A stretch of DNA of 39,722 bases from Pelomyxa schiedti (taxonomy: Eukaryota; Protista; Evosea), in NCBI GenBank assembly GCA_020536535.1, contig JAHLWZ010000946.1:1-39722 (forward strand). The letters are read 5' to 3'. The position numbers were made by a program, and so were the translations under genes. Under the pieces are notes generated by a model. It had not been told where the DNA came from. It did not search any database and was given only the letters and a program-made list of their open reading frames with translations. Position 1 is the stretch's first letter, and each line of letters starts with the position of its first letter. This document shows positions 1-11,296 of this stretch, one piece after another.

Positions 1-42
1 TTTTCCCCCTTTTTTTTGGTGTTGTTTGGTTTGGTATGTTAC

Positions 43-110
43 TTTCTTTGCGGTCCGTCCTGCGATCCCTGGCGGTTTTCTTTGCGGTCCGTCCTGCGGT
101 CCCTGGCGGT
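43..110. repeat. Tandem direct repeat, 2 x 34 bp (tttctttgcggtccgtcctgcgRtccctggcggt)
   Basis: Units 43-76 and 77-110 differ at one base (65 a / 99 g). The repeat is GC-rich within T-rich flanks. Confidence 0.9.
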
Positions 111-1022
111 TTACCTCTACAACATTTCAAGGGTTTGTTCAAAGATTTTACACACTTTTTCACATTTGCTTTTTCTCCCTTGAATACTGTTCATTACTTT
201 GTCTCAATCCTGTTCCTCAGTTTGCTTTGCCCAGCATTACCAGACCCACCTTAGGGTTGTCTGACCTGATGCTAGCACACATGAACTGACTTTGCTGTTA
301 ACATGAAAAAAGATACTTGGCCCTTTACCAGAACCCAACGATTGCAAGTTGGATTAAAAATTCTGAGTAGATTAATTTTTTCTGGGACCTACTCTATGTT
401 GGTCAGTCCTGCAACCAACCAAGGTTCTCCCCAACTTGCACAAGCTGGGGACCTTTTTTACCGATAAAAACCTCGTTTTTCCTTTGTTTGTTTTTGGAGC
501 CAAATAAAGGTACCCGAAATTGAGACATTGATCAGAAAGCCAAGAAAGGTCTTACATCATCACAGTGCAATTTAGAAATACCACTTATTAGGGGATTTCC
601 CGGTTTTTTTTTTTTTTGTGTTTTGTATTTGGCACCGGTATTATTTGGTATGCTGAATTATGGGTACTGATCGCTACGAGCTTGTGAGAAGAACAACTTG
701 GAGCCTTAGTTTTCGTGGTTGTATGACCATGTGGGAATACATGCTTGCTCTTGTTGCGTGTATTGCTGCTAAAAAAACATGGTGTTGTAACCTCAGTGTG
801 ATAAAATGTTGGTAAATTTATCCTTACAAACTGATTTGAAATGACAGTATAATACAGAGTGTTCCCAAGAATCAACTCACGATGGCATGCGGTACACTCT
901 AATCTCTTGAGCTGGAATAATAAGGGAGCCTGAGGCTTACAAGGCGAGGGTTGGGCAGCCCAGAATACCTACCAGAGGGTAGCTCTTCATCAGTGATGAT
1001 GTTGAAGTATAATTTCCAAAAG

Positions 1023-2673
1023 TATTTCAGGATAATTTCCCAAAGTATGTCTCCCGTGCAATCATTTCACATAAAATCACCTACAACTGGAATCGCTTAC
1101 GGAGTAAGGGAGTGGGTGTCCTGACTATAGGAATAAACATCAGATTTAGTGGTGAAGGGTCCTTTCCTCATAATTTCAGGAGCAAGCCAGGTGTATCAAA
1201 GGCAAAAGTGAGAACGAGTCAAGATGATACTTTGGGCAATACCAGGATTATCAACAACCTCACTTGCTACTGTATTTTGAAGACCTGTCACCTGAAGAAA
1301 GTAAGATAAGGAATTATGTTTGGGCTTTTTAAATCTCTGTAGATTTGAGGTGCTGAGTCATGTAAGAAGTGCATATCACAGGCATATCCATGGCTATCTT
1401 AAGCACTAGTGGGAACGGGAGAGGGGTGCTTCTCCATCATTACTCTGTGGTGTGTAGGTAGTTGTACAGGGAGGAAATAATGCCAATAATAAAAAGATCA
1501 TCTCCAGCAGTAAGGTGAACAGTCCCTACTTCGCAAAGAGACTCTACTGCCTGCCCTCGAGTTGTGTGTCTCTGGAAGGATATTAAAACATTCTTCCAAC
1601 TGAACCTGAAAATTACATGCACGTGGTATTCCGAGTTATGTCGATGGTCATTTTCTTGTCTTTCAGAAAGAGTAATCGGAATTCTCATTCCTCTTATCAA
1701 AGTGAGTGCATGACAAAATGGTTACCTTTATTACCATAAGTAGCAAGAGCATATTTCCTTTGTGTGTGTGTCAGAGCTATCTTATCTCTGAACATTGCCG
1801 TTTTGCCTACAGAAGAACTCCCTGTCAACTTACTTTTCCCGTTTCCAACTCCAATTTCGTGAGGTATCCGATTGTGGGAGGCGTCTCCTCAAAAAGGTTG
1901 TCCTATTCCTAATTAATAATATCCAGATTCATTGTGTAGACATTTTGATCACACCTGGTTTGTATCAGAGATAAGAATAACGGATACATTGAGAAAAAAG
2001 ACAAAGCTATTGCCGGAAATATTCAACGATTTCATGTAGACGAGTGATGGAGTCATTGGGGGCAATTCATCAAGAAAATTCAAGGAACTATTTAATCTGA
2101 AAAAACCACTAAGTTGTATTGCAAAGAATAGTACAAACGTTGCAAAACGGCAAAATCAGTCCAAGAGGATGGGTAGAATGCTAATCCAATGGAAGATACA
2201 CTCAGATCCTGGATTACTGGAGGAAATGCCGGTAATATCTTCGAGAGGCCACTAATATGTGGCATACTGATACTCAGTTGAAAGAAGGTCTTAATGTGAC
2301 ACACTGGAAATGATACATGCTTGCTGAAACGTCTATAATCTATTTACTAAATAAATTTTACGAAGAAGCTATCTACAAAACCTTTAACTCAACAAGAGGG
2401 TTGGACGAAATAGAAAAGTCAATTCGAAACTTTCCATACACGGAAACCCTTCACCAGAACTGTGGCTGATGCTATTTGAACCAAACAATTACAAAATAGG
2501 GTACTCTAGGTCACAAAGTACCTCAAATTAAGCTATCTCAGGATGGGTAGGGACAGAATAGCAAGAGGAAATGTGTTCAAGGTATCTCTACTTAGATCGA
2601 GCACATTCAAATTCTCAGTGAGAGGAATCACAAATTCCCCGTGAACAGGAAGGAAGAAGATATTATGATTCTT
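1023..2673 (-). pseudogene. Decayed LRR + tyrosine-kinase-like (Roco-type) kinase pseudogene; boundaries approximate
   Basis: Read on the mirror copy. LRR fragments: LNVLDLSRDTLNTFPLAILSLPILR*LNL, MKSLNISGNSF, NLFEETPPTIGYLTKLE. Kinase motifs: SLYNYLH, LVLKIAMD/(frameshift)/CDMHFLHDSAPQIYRDLKSPNI, VVDNP..WLAPEIMRKGPFTTKSDVYSY, VILCEMIARETYFGKLS*. In-frame stops and a frameshift are present, and no DFG motif is visible. Confidence 0.8.
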
Positions 2674-5006
2674 CATTCGATGCTGGACAATTGAAGGACG
2701 ACTGTGTGATATTAAAAAAGTGAGTACTTGGAGTTATCAAATATGCAGCACATTTTTGTTGCTAGTTACACATCAACATGGAAGCAAAATTTCGTATCCC
2801 ATCCAAAAAATCTTCATCGTACATTCAGTTCATTGAACTAGGGTGGTTGCTGAGTCGCTCAAACTCAAAAAAAAATGTTGAATACTACATCATTGCCACA
2901 GTGTAGTATGTTCCCCTGGAATTGAATACGAAAATAGCTTAAATAGAAGCACTGAGGTCCGTCGTCGCATAGAAAATGCCGCATTTTCCAACAAAAACAA
3001 AGAAATTTTTGTCCATCAAAAAATGAAAACCCCATCAACGGTCAAAAAAACCCTTGATAGTGGTGATTGCGTGCGCGTAACAAATATCCGTATCACAATG
3101 CCACGGGAAAGATGCATATCTTCCAACAAACAAATACCCTTCAAACAACATTCATCTGTCGCAAATGCAACCTGTTTCGACTAGTACTACTACATCTTCT
3201 ACGGGGGGGAATTTGAGCAATAGGACCGTGTTTGTTAGTGGCGAGGCGATGGGTGCTATTGTGGGGGGCGTGGCAACCAGAATGACGTTACTTCTCGCAG
3301 ATTTGGCTGGCGTGGTGTGCAAACATTTTCCTTTTGTCACTCAATTGTATTATTTTTGTTTTGGAAAACCACTATTTGTAAAACCACTATTATAAATATT
3401 TTCAGACCCACATTGGGGAGACTTCACTTTTTGAAAGGGTCCGACCAGACATCCAACATATGCACCAGCTTACCTCTGGACTTAAAATAGGGCTTGTTGA
3501 GATTCTGAAGGTTTCCAGCTTCAACAATAGGAAAAACTTATGTTAACGGAAGTACAGCTTGATCCCCTGGTTCCGAAGGGCTCTCTAAGGGCGTTTGCGG
3601 GCCCAACGCTGGAATATGATGAAATTTCTGTGGAACCAACTGGAAAACAAGCGGAGCCCCGACAGAAAGCAAGTGTCTCTGGAGTACAAACCGCAAACCC
3701 CAATGAAACTTATGTTGAGACAATACCACGAATTACGGCACTGTTGTACCAGATTAAGACTCTCTTGGAATGGCCGCTGGTATTTTACCTCCCCTGCCTC
3801 CCCTCTCCTAAAGCATTCAGGCTGCTGCTTCCATTACTCGCAATTCTGATTTGATTAATAAGAGGGTCACCACATTGGGCCGTATTGTGGATCATCTAGA
3901 AGAAGTTGTTCACCAATCAGGTATATTTCCTCTCCATACAGAACAATACTTTTGTCTTCTAACTAACAAACAGCGTGCGATTAATGACCGCTAAGTATTT
4001 CTATGGAAAAAGTTTTTGAAAAAATTTTTCATAATTTCTGACACATGAATTTGGATTTTTGTGTTTTTTGTGGTTTAGGGGTGTGTACACGAAACCCCTC
4101 AAAGGCGAAAATATTTGTGACATCACTAAACCAAATGCATGGCAGGGTGTTTGAATGGATAAATAAAAGTAGTCTTAGGTATACCCTTCTTCTACCATCT
4201 TCACTTGTCAATATCCACTGAATGTGTCTAGCTTCCACCAAGATATGTTCTCTCCTAGAGGATGTTGCACTCATCACAGCGGGTGCAGGATATACATCCT
4301 TGCCTGTCATTGTGTTGAGGCTCCAATATTCAACGCAAAATCGAATTGAACACTTTACTAGAACGCTGAGTATGGGTTATCGTGTCTTGCCACATCCACA
4401 TCAAGTAATTTCTTGAGCTCTTCCTTCTCCTTCTCATCTTTTTTCTAGATTAACTGTGTCTCTTCACATTGATGGATGTCAGCTTGCTCTCGTGGCCATT
4501 CCTCTAATCTCTCCAAGTTCTTGTGCTAAGTTTCCAGCTTCCATTACCTCTTGGCTGGGATTTAACGTACTTAGCTACTTCTACTACTTCCGATTTGTGC
4601 CCTTGGTGCTAGCAACATCAATTGCAACTACTTCTAGTGTCCAGTGTGGTTCACAGAGCCGATTGCACACAACCGCATGTACAACCCATCCTTACACTTT
4701 TCAACAAGTAATAATTCCACAGTTTAACCCAACTGGCTTCTTCCGCTCTTCATCGTGGTCCTACACGGTTGTTCAATGTACATTCTTACCACCTTGCCGT
4801 TTGACGGTCCAGCTCCAAGCAACCAGGTTCCAGTGAGGAAGCTTTTTTCAGGGTACTTGTTTATCCACCAATTGCAATTTCGGACCAATTGGAGAGCAGT
4901 TTTTGAAAAAAAATATGAAAAAAAAAGGTGCGAGATCCGCCGGTTTACTTTGTAGTCCTTTTTTTCAAACAAACCAAGGCCACAAACATCCCGCCCGTCG
5001 GACACC

Positions 5007-7165
5007 ATGACAAGCAAACTCAACAAAGAACTCACGATGGAGGGACCAATGATGGACGAGATGGGAGGGGAGCAGTACGATGCCGTTGTGAGCATTGAAG
5101 ATATCCAGGCTGTTCCTGGCCCCGATCCAGACGGCCTCGTCCGAAAATACGAAATCCAAGGCACTAAGCTAGATCCGATAACTGGTACGGAACTTGCAAC
5201 CGAGAAGTACATTGGCCTTATTACAACCAAATGGCGGCCCGTGCCGAAGGTGTGGCAGGCCATAGCGGTCAAATCCGCGGTCGTCAAACGCGTGGAAAGG
5301 TGTGGTGTGGCTTAGTTGGTTGTTTTTTGTATCGTATATACATTTTCCACATCTTGCTTGCTCTAGTTTGGTTTTTTTTACATTTGTTTTAACATATTTC
5401 TATTTCCAGGATCAACAAAGAAGTTTACATTGTTCAAGCTTATGATAGGCTGTGCCCAAACTTTAAGTTCCCGGTGACACCGGGCTGCGACTGTTGCTTG
5501 CCAGATTATGCCGTGATTGGTGATGCCGCTGTTCCTCGCCTAGGTTTGTGAGTTTATTATATTTATTACACTCACTGTAAAAACTCTTCACCACGGCACA
5601 GTCACGCAAAGAATCTTCCCTTCTCTTAAGTTACACTGAAACCACACAGGTTCGCCATTGTTTCAAGAAGGTGTGAATAATGTTGAATCGGGAAATCGCT
5701 TTATTGATGCTAGCCCTACTACTACTGCTGCTGATGCTGTTCGTCATTCCCTTGCTGAGGTTGAACATCATCGCCATAGCCCTGAAAATGTACCAGCAGC
5801 CTCCAGCAGGGATGACTCATCTGAACCCAGCCGTATTGGAATTGGCAGGATGCCCCCACAGCCTGCTGCATCTTTGCAACTGCGGGGCGACCGCGATGGT
5901 CGTCTTTGCCTTACTCCGGCAGTTCAACTGCCTCCTCCTGTTCTGAAGGCCCGTGCTCCTGGCATGAGTCTGCAAGTGATGCACCACGTCGATTCTCCTT
6001 TGTCACCAGTCCCTAAGCGTTGCAAGACTACAAGTAATGCTGGGCTTGGTAGTCTCAATGCGCCCATTGTACTGGAGGATGACCACGATGAGACACAACA
6101 CCCCGTTGCGCCGCATGCACAAGTTTCTTTGGTTGCTCCTCCGGTCATCAACTCGCCGCAACCAGAACAAATCAAGCCAGAATCCCCCCAATCCAGCGAC
6201 TCTGATCCGGTCCATGAGCAACAGCAAACTGGCTTTGATGCCGATACGGAAGCTGCTTGTGGCTCATATGTGCAGTGCGCCATTGGTGACATGAGGAGTG
6301 TTGTGGTGAGCGCCGTGTTGACGACGGGTCACGGCATCATCGCTTATGATAGAGAGGTAACCACAAGTCTCTTTTCCCTCTACTTTTTAGGTTCCTTTTG
6401 TGGCCTAACACCCCAAAAAACCCCCACACGCACACCACTAACACTACTCCAGGCAAATGAGGCCAATATTAGAGTCGCTGGTGGAGTCCAAACGGTACCA
6501 GGATTCTATTTGATCCAAGGAATAACATTATGCCGAAAAATGGACACGAACCAAGCGGTGTACATCATCAACGCAAGCACTGTTGTTGAGTGCAGGCTCT
6601 CACCCTCAATTGCCCACTTGTTTCCGGCACATATCGAGATAGACTTCGAGACCGCATCCGAAATCAGGAAACTCAAGTCTGAAGCTCTAGAAAGAAACAC
6701 AACCGCTGTCATAGGTACACTTGTCCACTCTGAGTTTGTTGATCCCTAACGTGTTCTCCAGATATGGCCTTTGGCGTGGTCAAACACTTTAATGGCAATA
6801 GTTACTGCGTGGTCTTACCAGACGGCACTCAGGCCAAGATATTTATCAAAAAGGCAGTTATGGAACTGATATACCCAAAACACCTGAAGAAAGGTGATGT
6901 AGCTGTCATATTGTATGGCTTGGTAGGACAACATGAGAAAGCCACAGATCCAAGTAAGTCCCCCTTCCCTCCTCGCACTTTCCCAAGTGAACTCACGAAC
7001 CCAATAGCAATGTTGTGCTGCATTCCAGACACCGGTTTCTTACAAGTCAATCCTACCTTTTTGGATGAGGCAGTTCGTGAGCGTCTGCAAGTGCTTGCTT
7101 TGGGAGAGTGTCAACTTACCAATGCCCACGTAGTTGGCCCAAGAAAGAAGAACAAGCGCTCTTGA
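5007..7165 (+). CDS. Six-exon gene, ~581 aa; putative multi-OB-fold (RPA70-like) ssDNA-binding protein
   Basis: Exons 5007-5299, 5410-5543, 5650-6356, 6453-6714, 6762-6953, 7008-7165 join in frame (1746 nt) with GT-AG sites; CTAAC branch points precede two of the acceptors. Layout: beta-rich N-domain, Pro/Ser-rich linker, two beta-rich domains ending LQVNP, basic tail PRKKNKRS. The gene model is solid; the family call is inferred. Confidence 0.65.
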
Positions 7166-7338
7166 CGAGCCAACTCTTCCCCTTCATCTTCGTCATCGTA
7201 GTCATCTCTGAATCGCCCCAAGCCAAAATCAAGCTTCTATCTTTGTTATTTCCCTTAAATGCAGTGGAAAAAATATGAAGATGTTTTGGCAATAGGGGGC
7301 AGAGGGTTGTGTAGTGTTGGGGTTTGGTTTGCTGTTCT

Positions 7339-8016
7339 TCAATCATTTCCTTGGTGCTGCTGGCGGTCGTTGCTGGAGACGGAGAGGGGAACCGCGGCCG
7401 TGATGCCTATCGGCACTGGGTTCTGTGTGAACTCCATTATCTGTGCGAGGCCTGTCTGGTCCATGCTGCACAAACTGTTTGTATCCGAACTTATGCATGT
7501 GATTAGTGCGGCGTGGCTAGGGAAGACGTGTTGCACTTTGGTGGCGACTCCGTGGTTCTGTTGCAGCTTCATCAGGTCAATCCCGTACAGGTTGCGGTAT
7601 CTCGCGCTGTTACTAACAACAACAAAGTCACTGCGCGGAACCTGTGTGTTGGGGGGAAGACTGAGAGTTGGGGGAGGTGGTAATAAAAGGAGCAGGAGTA
7701 GAAGAAAATGGGAAGGGAGGAAAAAAAAAAAAACCGCAAAAAGGCCGGTGATCGCGAAGTGACTGTCAAGCAGCTGCACCTCAGCAACGAGGCTTACGCT
7801 CGGCTACGTGGAAACCAAAGTGAACGACCTGGTTATCCTCATCCACAAGAACAAAAGCGGGGGCGGGGAGGATTTTACCTGAAGTGAAGTGGGGATCTCA
7901 AAGGAAACAGTCCCGTCTTTAAAAATCGCTGCTAGACGCCCAGAAGGCAAAATGTGGAAGGGCAACCTTGACAATCGGCAATTTCGCCACTGAGTGTACT
8001 CGACAGCCCCCAACAA
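7339..8016 (-). CDS. Multi-exon hypothetical protein with a WD40-like C-terminal repeat; 5' end unresolved
   Basis: Spliceable coding blocks (FKDGTVSFEIPTSLQ / PSVSLVAEVQLLDSHFAITGLFA / VPRSDFVVVSNSARYRNLYGIDL...VFPSHAALITCISSDTNSLCSMDQTGLAQIMEF). The last block resembles a GH...ITC...S.D...IW(D) WD repeat. Stop at 7339. Confidence 0.45.
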
Positions 8017-8167
8017 CTATCCCCATCTGAAAGTGACGTTGCGGTTGATGTCAAGGAAAAGTGTACCCCAACAAAAGAACAGCCTTAAGAAGCCCACGAT
8101 CCCTGTTCCATTTCTTCTTCGAAATCCCGTGTGTTCATCACCACAAAAACCAAACGTTGTTTGCAAC

Positions 8168-11100
8168 ATGCAGCCCTTCCTGGCCGCGTCTGCCTCTGCC
8201 ACGTCACCACACGCCTCCAAGTTAGTGCCTGGGGGGAGCGCCACCAGCACCACGTCGTCTTTCAAGCAACAGCAGCAGCAGCCGCAGGCCAGGCGACAAC
8301 CGTCGGTTGCGTCCATGGTTGGGGCGGCGATGACGCCCCATAATCGGGGGCTGGGGGGGAGCCGCGGCGGCGGGGCCGACGCGAGGGACACGGTGCCGCT
8401 GTCTCACCGATCCAACACGGGCGACGCCACGCTTCTGGCGCTCAAGAGGCTGGACACGCAGGGCATTCGCTCTTTTAAAAGGTACGGGGGGCGTGTCCCT
8501 TGTTGTTGTTGTGAATTGTGGGAGTCAACTGGGGACACATTTGTTCGTGGTTTCTGTGTTTCTAAATGGAAAACACAAACCAAAACAGGAACCAAATATC
8601 TTCAGACCGCCCAAGAGTATGCTAGTAGTCTTCCTTTCTATAGAGATTAAAAAAAGATTTTCGTTTTTTAGACAGCCCCTGTGGAAGCAGCTAATAGGGA
8701 AGATGTCCCACCAGATGCCGATATTCTGGACCCATTGTTTCGAATTGTTGACCCAATTGCCATTTCTCCACTTGTGAGTGAGCACCGTGATATTAGAGCC
8801 AAAATTGTTGACTCTGTTTCAGCGTCTTATCGGATTTCCATTTATTGGAGTACTGCTGTGCTGGGCTTTGCTTTTTATTTGCCTGGCAGTTGATCGCAGC
8901 TTGGAAAAATGGTATATTGGTGACAAGCCAGTTTGGTACAATTACACACCAATGGCCCTCACTTGGACGCTTTTCAACAGTGGCTATAATCAATGTACTT
9001 TTTCCCCCCCGTAGTCACTTTAACCTGCTTTATCAGCGTTTTCACTGTGGCAAGGATTGATTCCTGCAACGAATATGATTTTCGGAATTGTAATTACCAT
9101 CAGCTTTGTTTCAATACAAAATACTATGGAAAAAACTTCCCCTGTCGTTTTCCGCCATGTAACCTTCTCAAGTATCTCATTTTCAACTGACCCCTTTTTG
9201 TCCAGTTCTATACTGCCAAGTTCGTCATAATTTACTTTGCATTCTTATTTGTTCTCAATGTGCTCGTTTTCTGGTGTGGCCTCGAAACTGGTGGCCCTGT
9301 TGGAATTAAATTGGATGTGGATGTTGAGGGGCTTGAGGTTGACCCAAGGTCCCACTTCCCAAGACTTGCAACATGTGCCCTTTTTCCTTTTTCTATCTCT
9401 ACTCACACAACAACAACCAGTTGTAGCAGTCTTCTTTTCCAACTTGCAGATTTTCTTTCTGTTCCCCTTCCTGATCAAAGCCATGGGAATTCTGGATCCC
9501 AACCAAGTGGTGAGCAATCTGGTTGAGAAGGGCCTAAACACTGTCATCGAATCTATCAACTTGACAACATATGGCAACTCACGCAAGCATCAGGTGTGCC
9601 TGCTTTCGTTACCTCAATCGCGTCATTTATATTCTTTTTTTAAAAAGGAGTTGCAACAATCCACAACAAAAACCATTGATTGCCTGCTGGAGGGCACCCA
9701 TGCCTCCTCTGAAAAAGATGCAAATAAAGTTTTTTGCTCCATTGTAGTTGATGCTCTGTGCAGCTTTGGGATGCACTACGCCAACATTAAATCCAAGGTA
9801 CACTTCAAAATTTTTCTTCAAAAATCCTCACTCTGTTTGTTGTAGGCTTCAAAACAGTGGTTTGAAATTCCAACTTGGTTACGACGGTCACCTGATTTCT
9901 ACCTATTGTAATTTTCTATTCCCACAACAAAACGGAATAACTTCTCCAATGTAGAAATGATGATAGCATCCAAGAGTTGGTGCAACGTGAAACCTGGGTG
10001 GAATGGAAACTTATGCGTCAGTATCAGCACCTTTATTCTCAAGGGCTGATGACTTTCCACAATGATCTGTGCTACCACATTTGCATCAGCACCAGGATTC
10101 TTGGGCTAGCTTTCGCACACGAAGGACATGTAACAGGACTGGACTTGGCCATCAAATTTTTCAATACTTATCTTCGAGCTGGAATAAGTGCGTTATTGTG
10201 ATGTGGGGTGACTTCACTAAGAGTTACCCTGAATAGACTTTGGGGATATCAAAGTTGTTTATAATACACTTTTTCAGTACAGGGTGCTGGGTGAACGACT
10301 TCTTACTAGACACAGAGGTACAAACTAACAGTTATTCGACCGTTTCTCCTCTTATGTACCCAACAGATATTGAGCTGTCAACTGCAGTTCGTGCTGTCAA
10401 GATTGCTAAGTATGCCCTATATTACGCCGACCAATGCCGCGCAAGAGGCGGTGCCTTTTTGTTCCTTGTGGAAACAGTGGCCCAAGACTTGAGAGTACTG
10501 TGCGAAACAGCCTATTTCAGCTACTCATTGCCACAATTTGCGACATCAGAGAGCATGAATCAAAACAGAACAAAGAAGTACTCCGAAATTCATAGCAAAC
10601 TACTTGAGGTTCTCTTCCTTTTTCTTTTCACCAAGGGCAACTAATAACATAGTAATGCAGATATTCCTGAAGTTAGGAGATATGCCATGCCGAGATGTCC
10701 GCGGAGTTCTTCGCGCCCAAGTCATTCTTGCCACTTTCTATCTGCACCACAAGCAACAGGATCCTGCCAGGCAAATATCTTCGAAATTAAGAAGGTTCCC
10801 ACTTCTCCTAAAGAAAATAAAAGCTTTATTCTTTCCTGCCCAGGACGGAGTTCACTCCCACGCTGTATAGTATCTATTATGAGCTCAGCACTGGAACCAC
10901 AAAAGAGTTCTGGGAAGTCAGTGAGCGAGGATACAACTTTGCCTACATGGACAAGCGGCTTGCGAACTACCTGAATGAGTTCTATGGATGGTTTGAATGG
11001 TTCACACCAAATGAAGGAGACAAGGACTCAGGGTTCTGGTCAACAGCCGGTAATGGCTACACCTTTTTTCCCAGCCATTATTAACCTGGCCCTCAGAAGG

Positions 11101-11188
11101 AAAAAAGCTGAAAGTGCAACAAGAACTCACCAATTTCGATGAATCAGATGATGAAGAAGACAACCAAGACGGCGCGGGTTTGCTGTAA
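8168..11188 (+). CDS. Multi-exon membrane protein with a conserved helical C-terminal domain (DUF2254-like family, by recall)
   Basis: ATG at 8168, low-complexity N-terminus, several hydrophobic segments (8800-9480). Then WVEWKLMRQY, IKFFNTYLRAGINFGDIKVVYNTLFQYR, FLVETVAQDL, RGVLRAQVILATFYL, EFWEVSERGYNFAYM. The last exon EGKKLKVQQELTNFDESDDEEDNQDGAGLL ends at TAA 11186-11188. Confidence 0.7.
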
Positions 11189-11296
11189 AATAACACACAA
11201 GTTTATTGTAAAGGAGGGAATAAAAAATAAAGCGGGTATAAGAACCCCTATTCCCATTTATTGTGTTCCCATTTGGCAAAAACAAAGTGCCTCTCT

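Noticed and set aside
1-20. Terminal ttttccccc / gggggaaaa as a telomere
   Set aside because: Single copy, not tandem, and not the C4A4/T4G4 or TTAGGG-type composition.
43-110. CRISPR-like repeat
   Set aside because: Two abutting units with no spacer, no cas genes, and a eukaryotic context.
2533-2535. In-frame stops in the LRR-kinase as evidence of stop-codon reassignment
   Set aside because: TAG, TAA and TGA all terminate intact genes here, and the region also has a frameshift and missing motifs.
3165-3900. Possible gene starting MQPVSTSTTTSSTGG
   Set aside because: No continuous spliced frame or family motif could be reconstructed; treated only as part of the decay zone.
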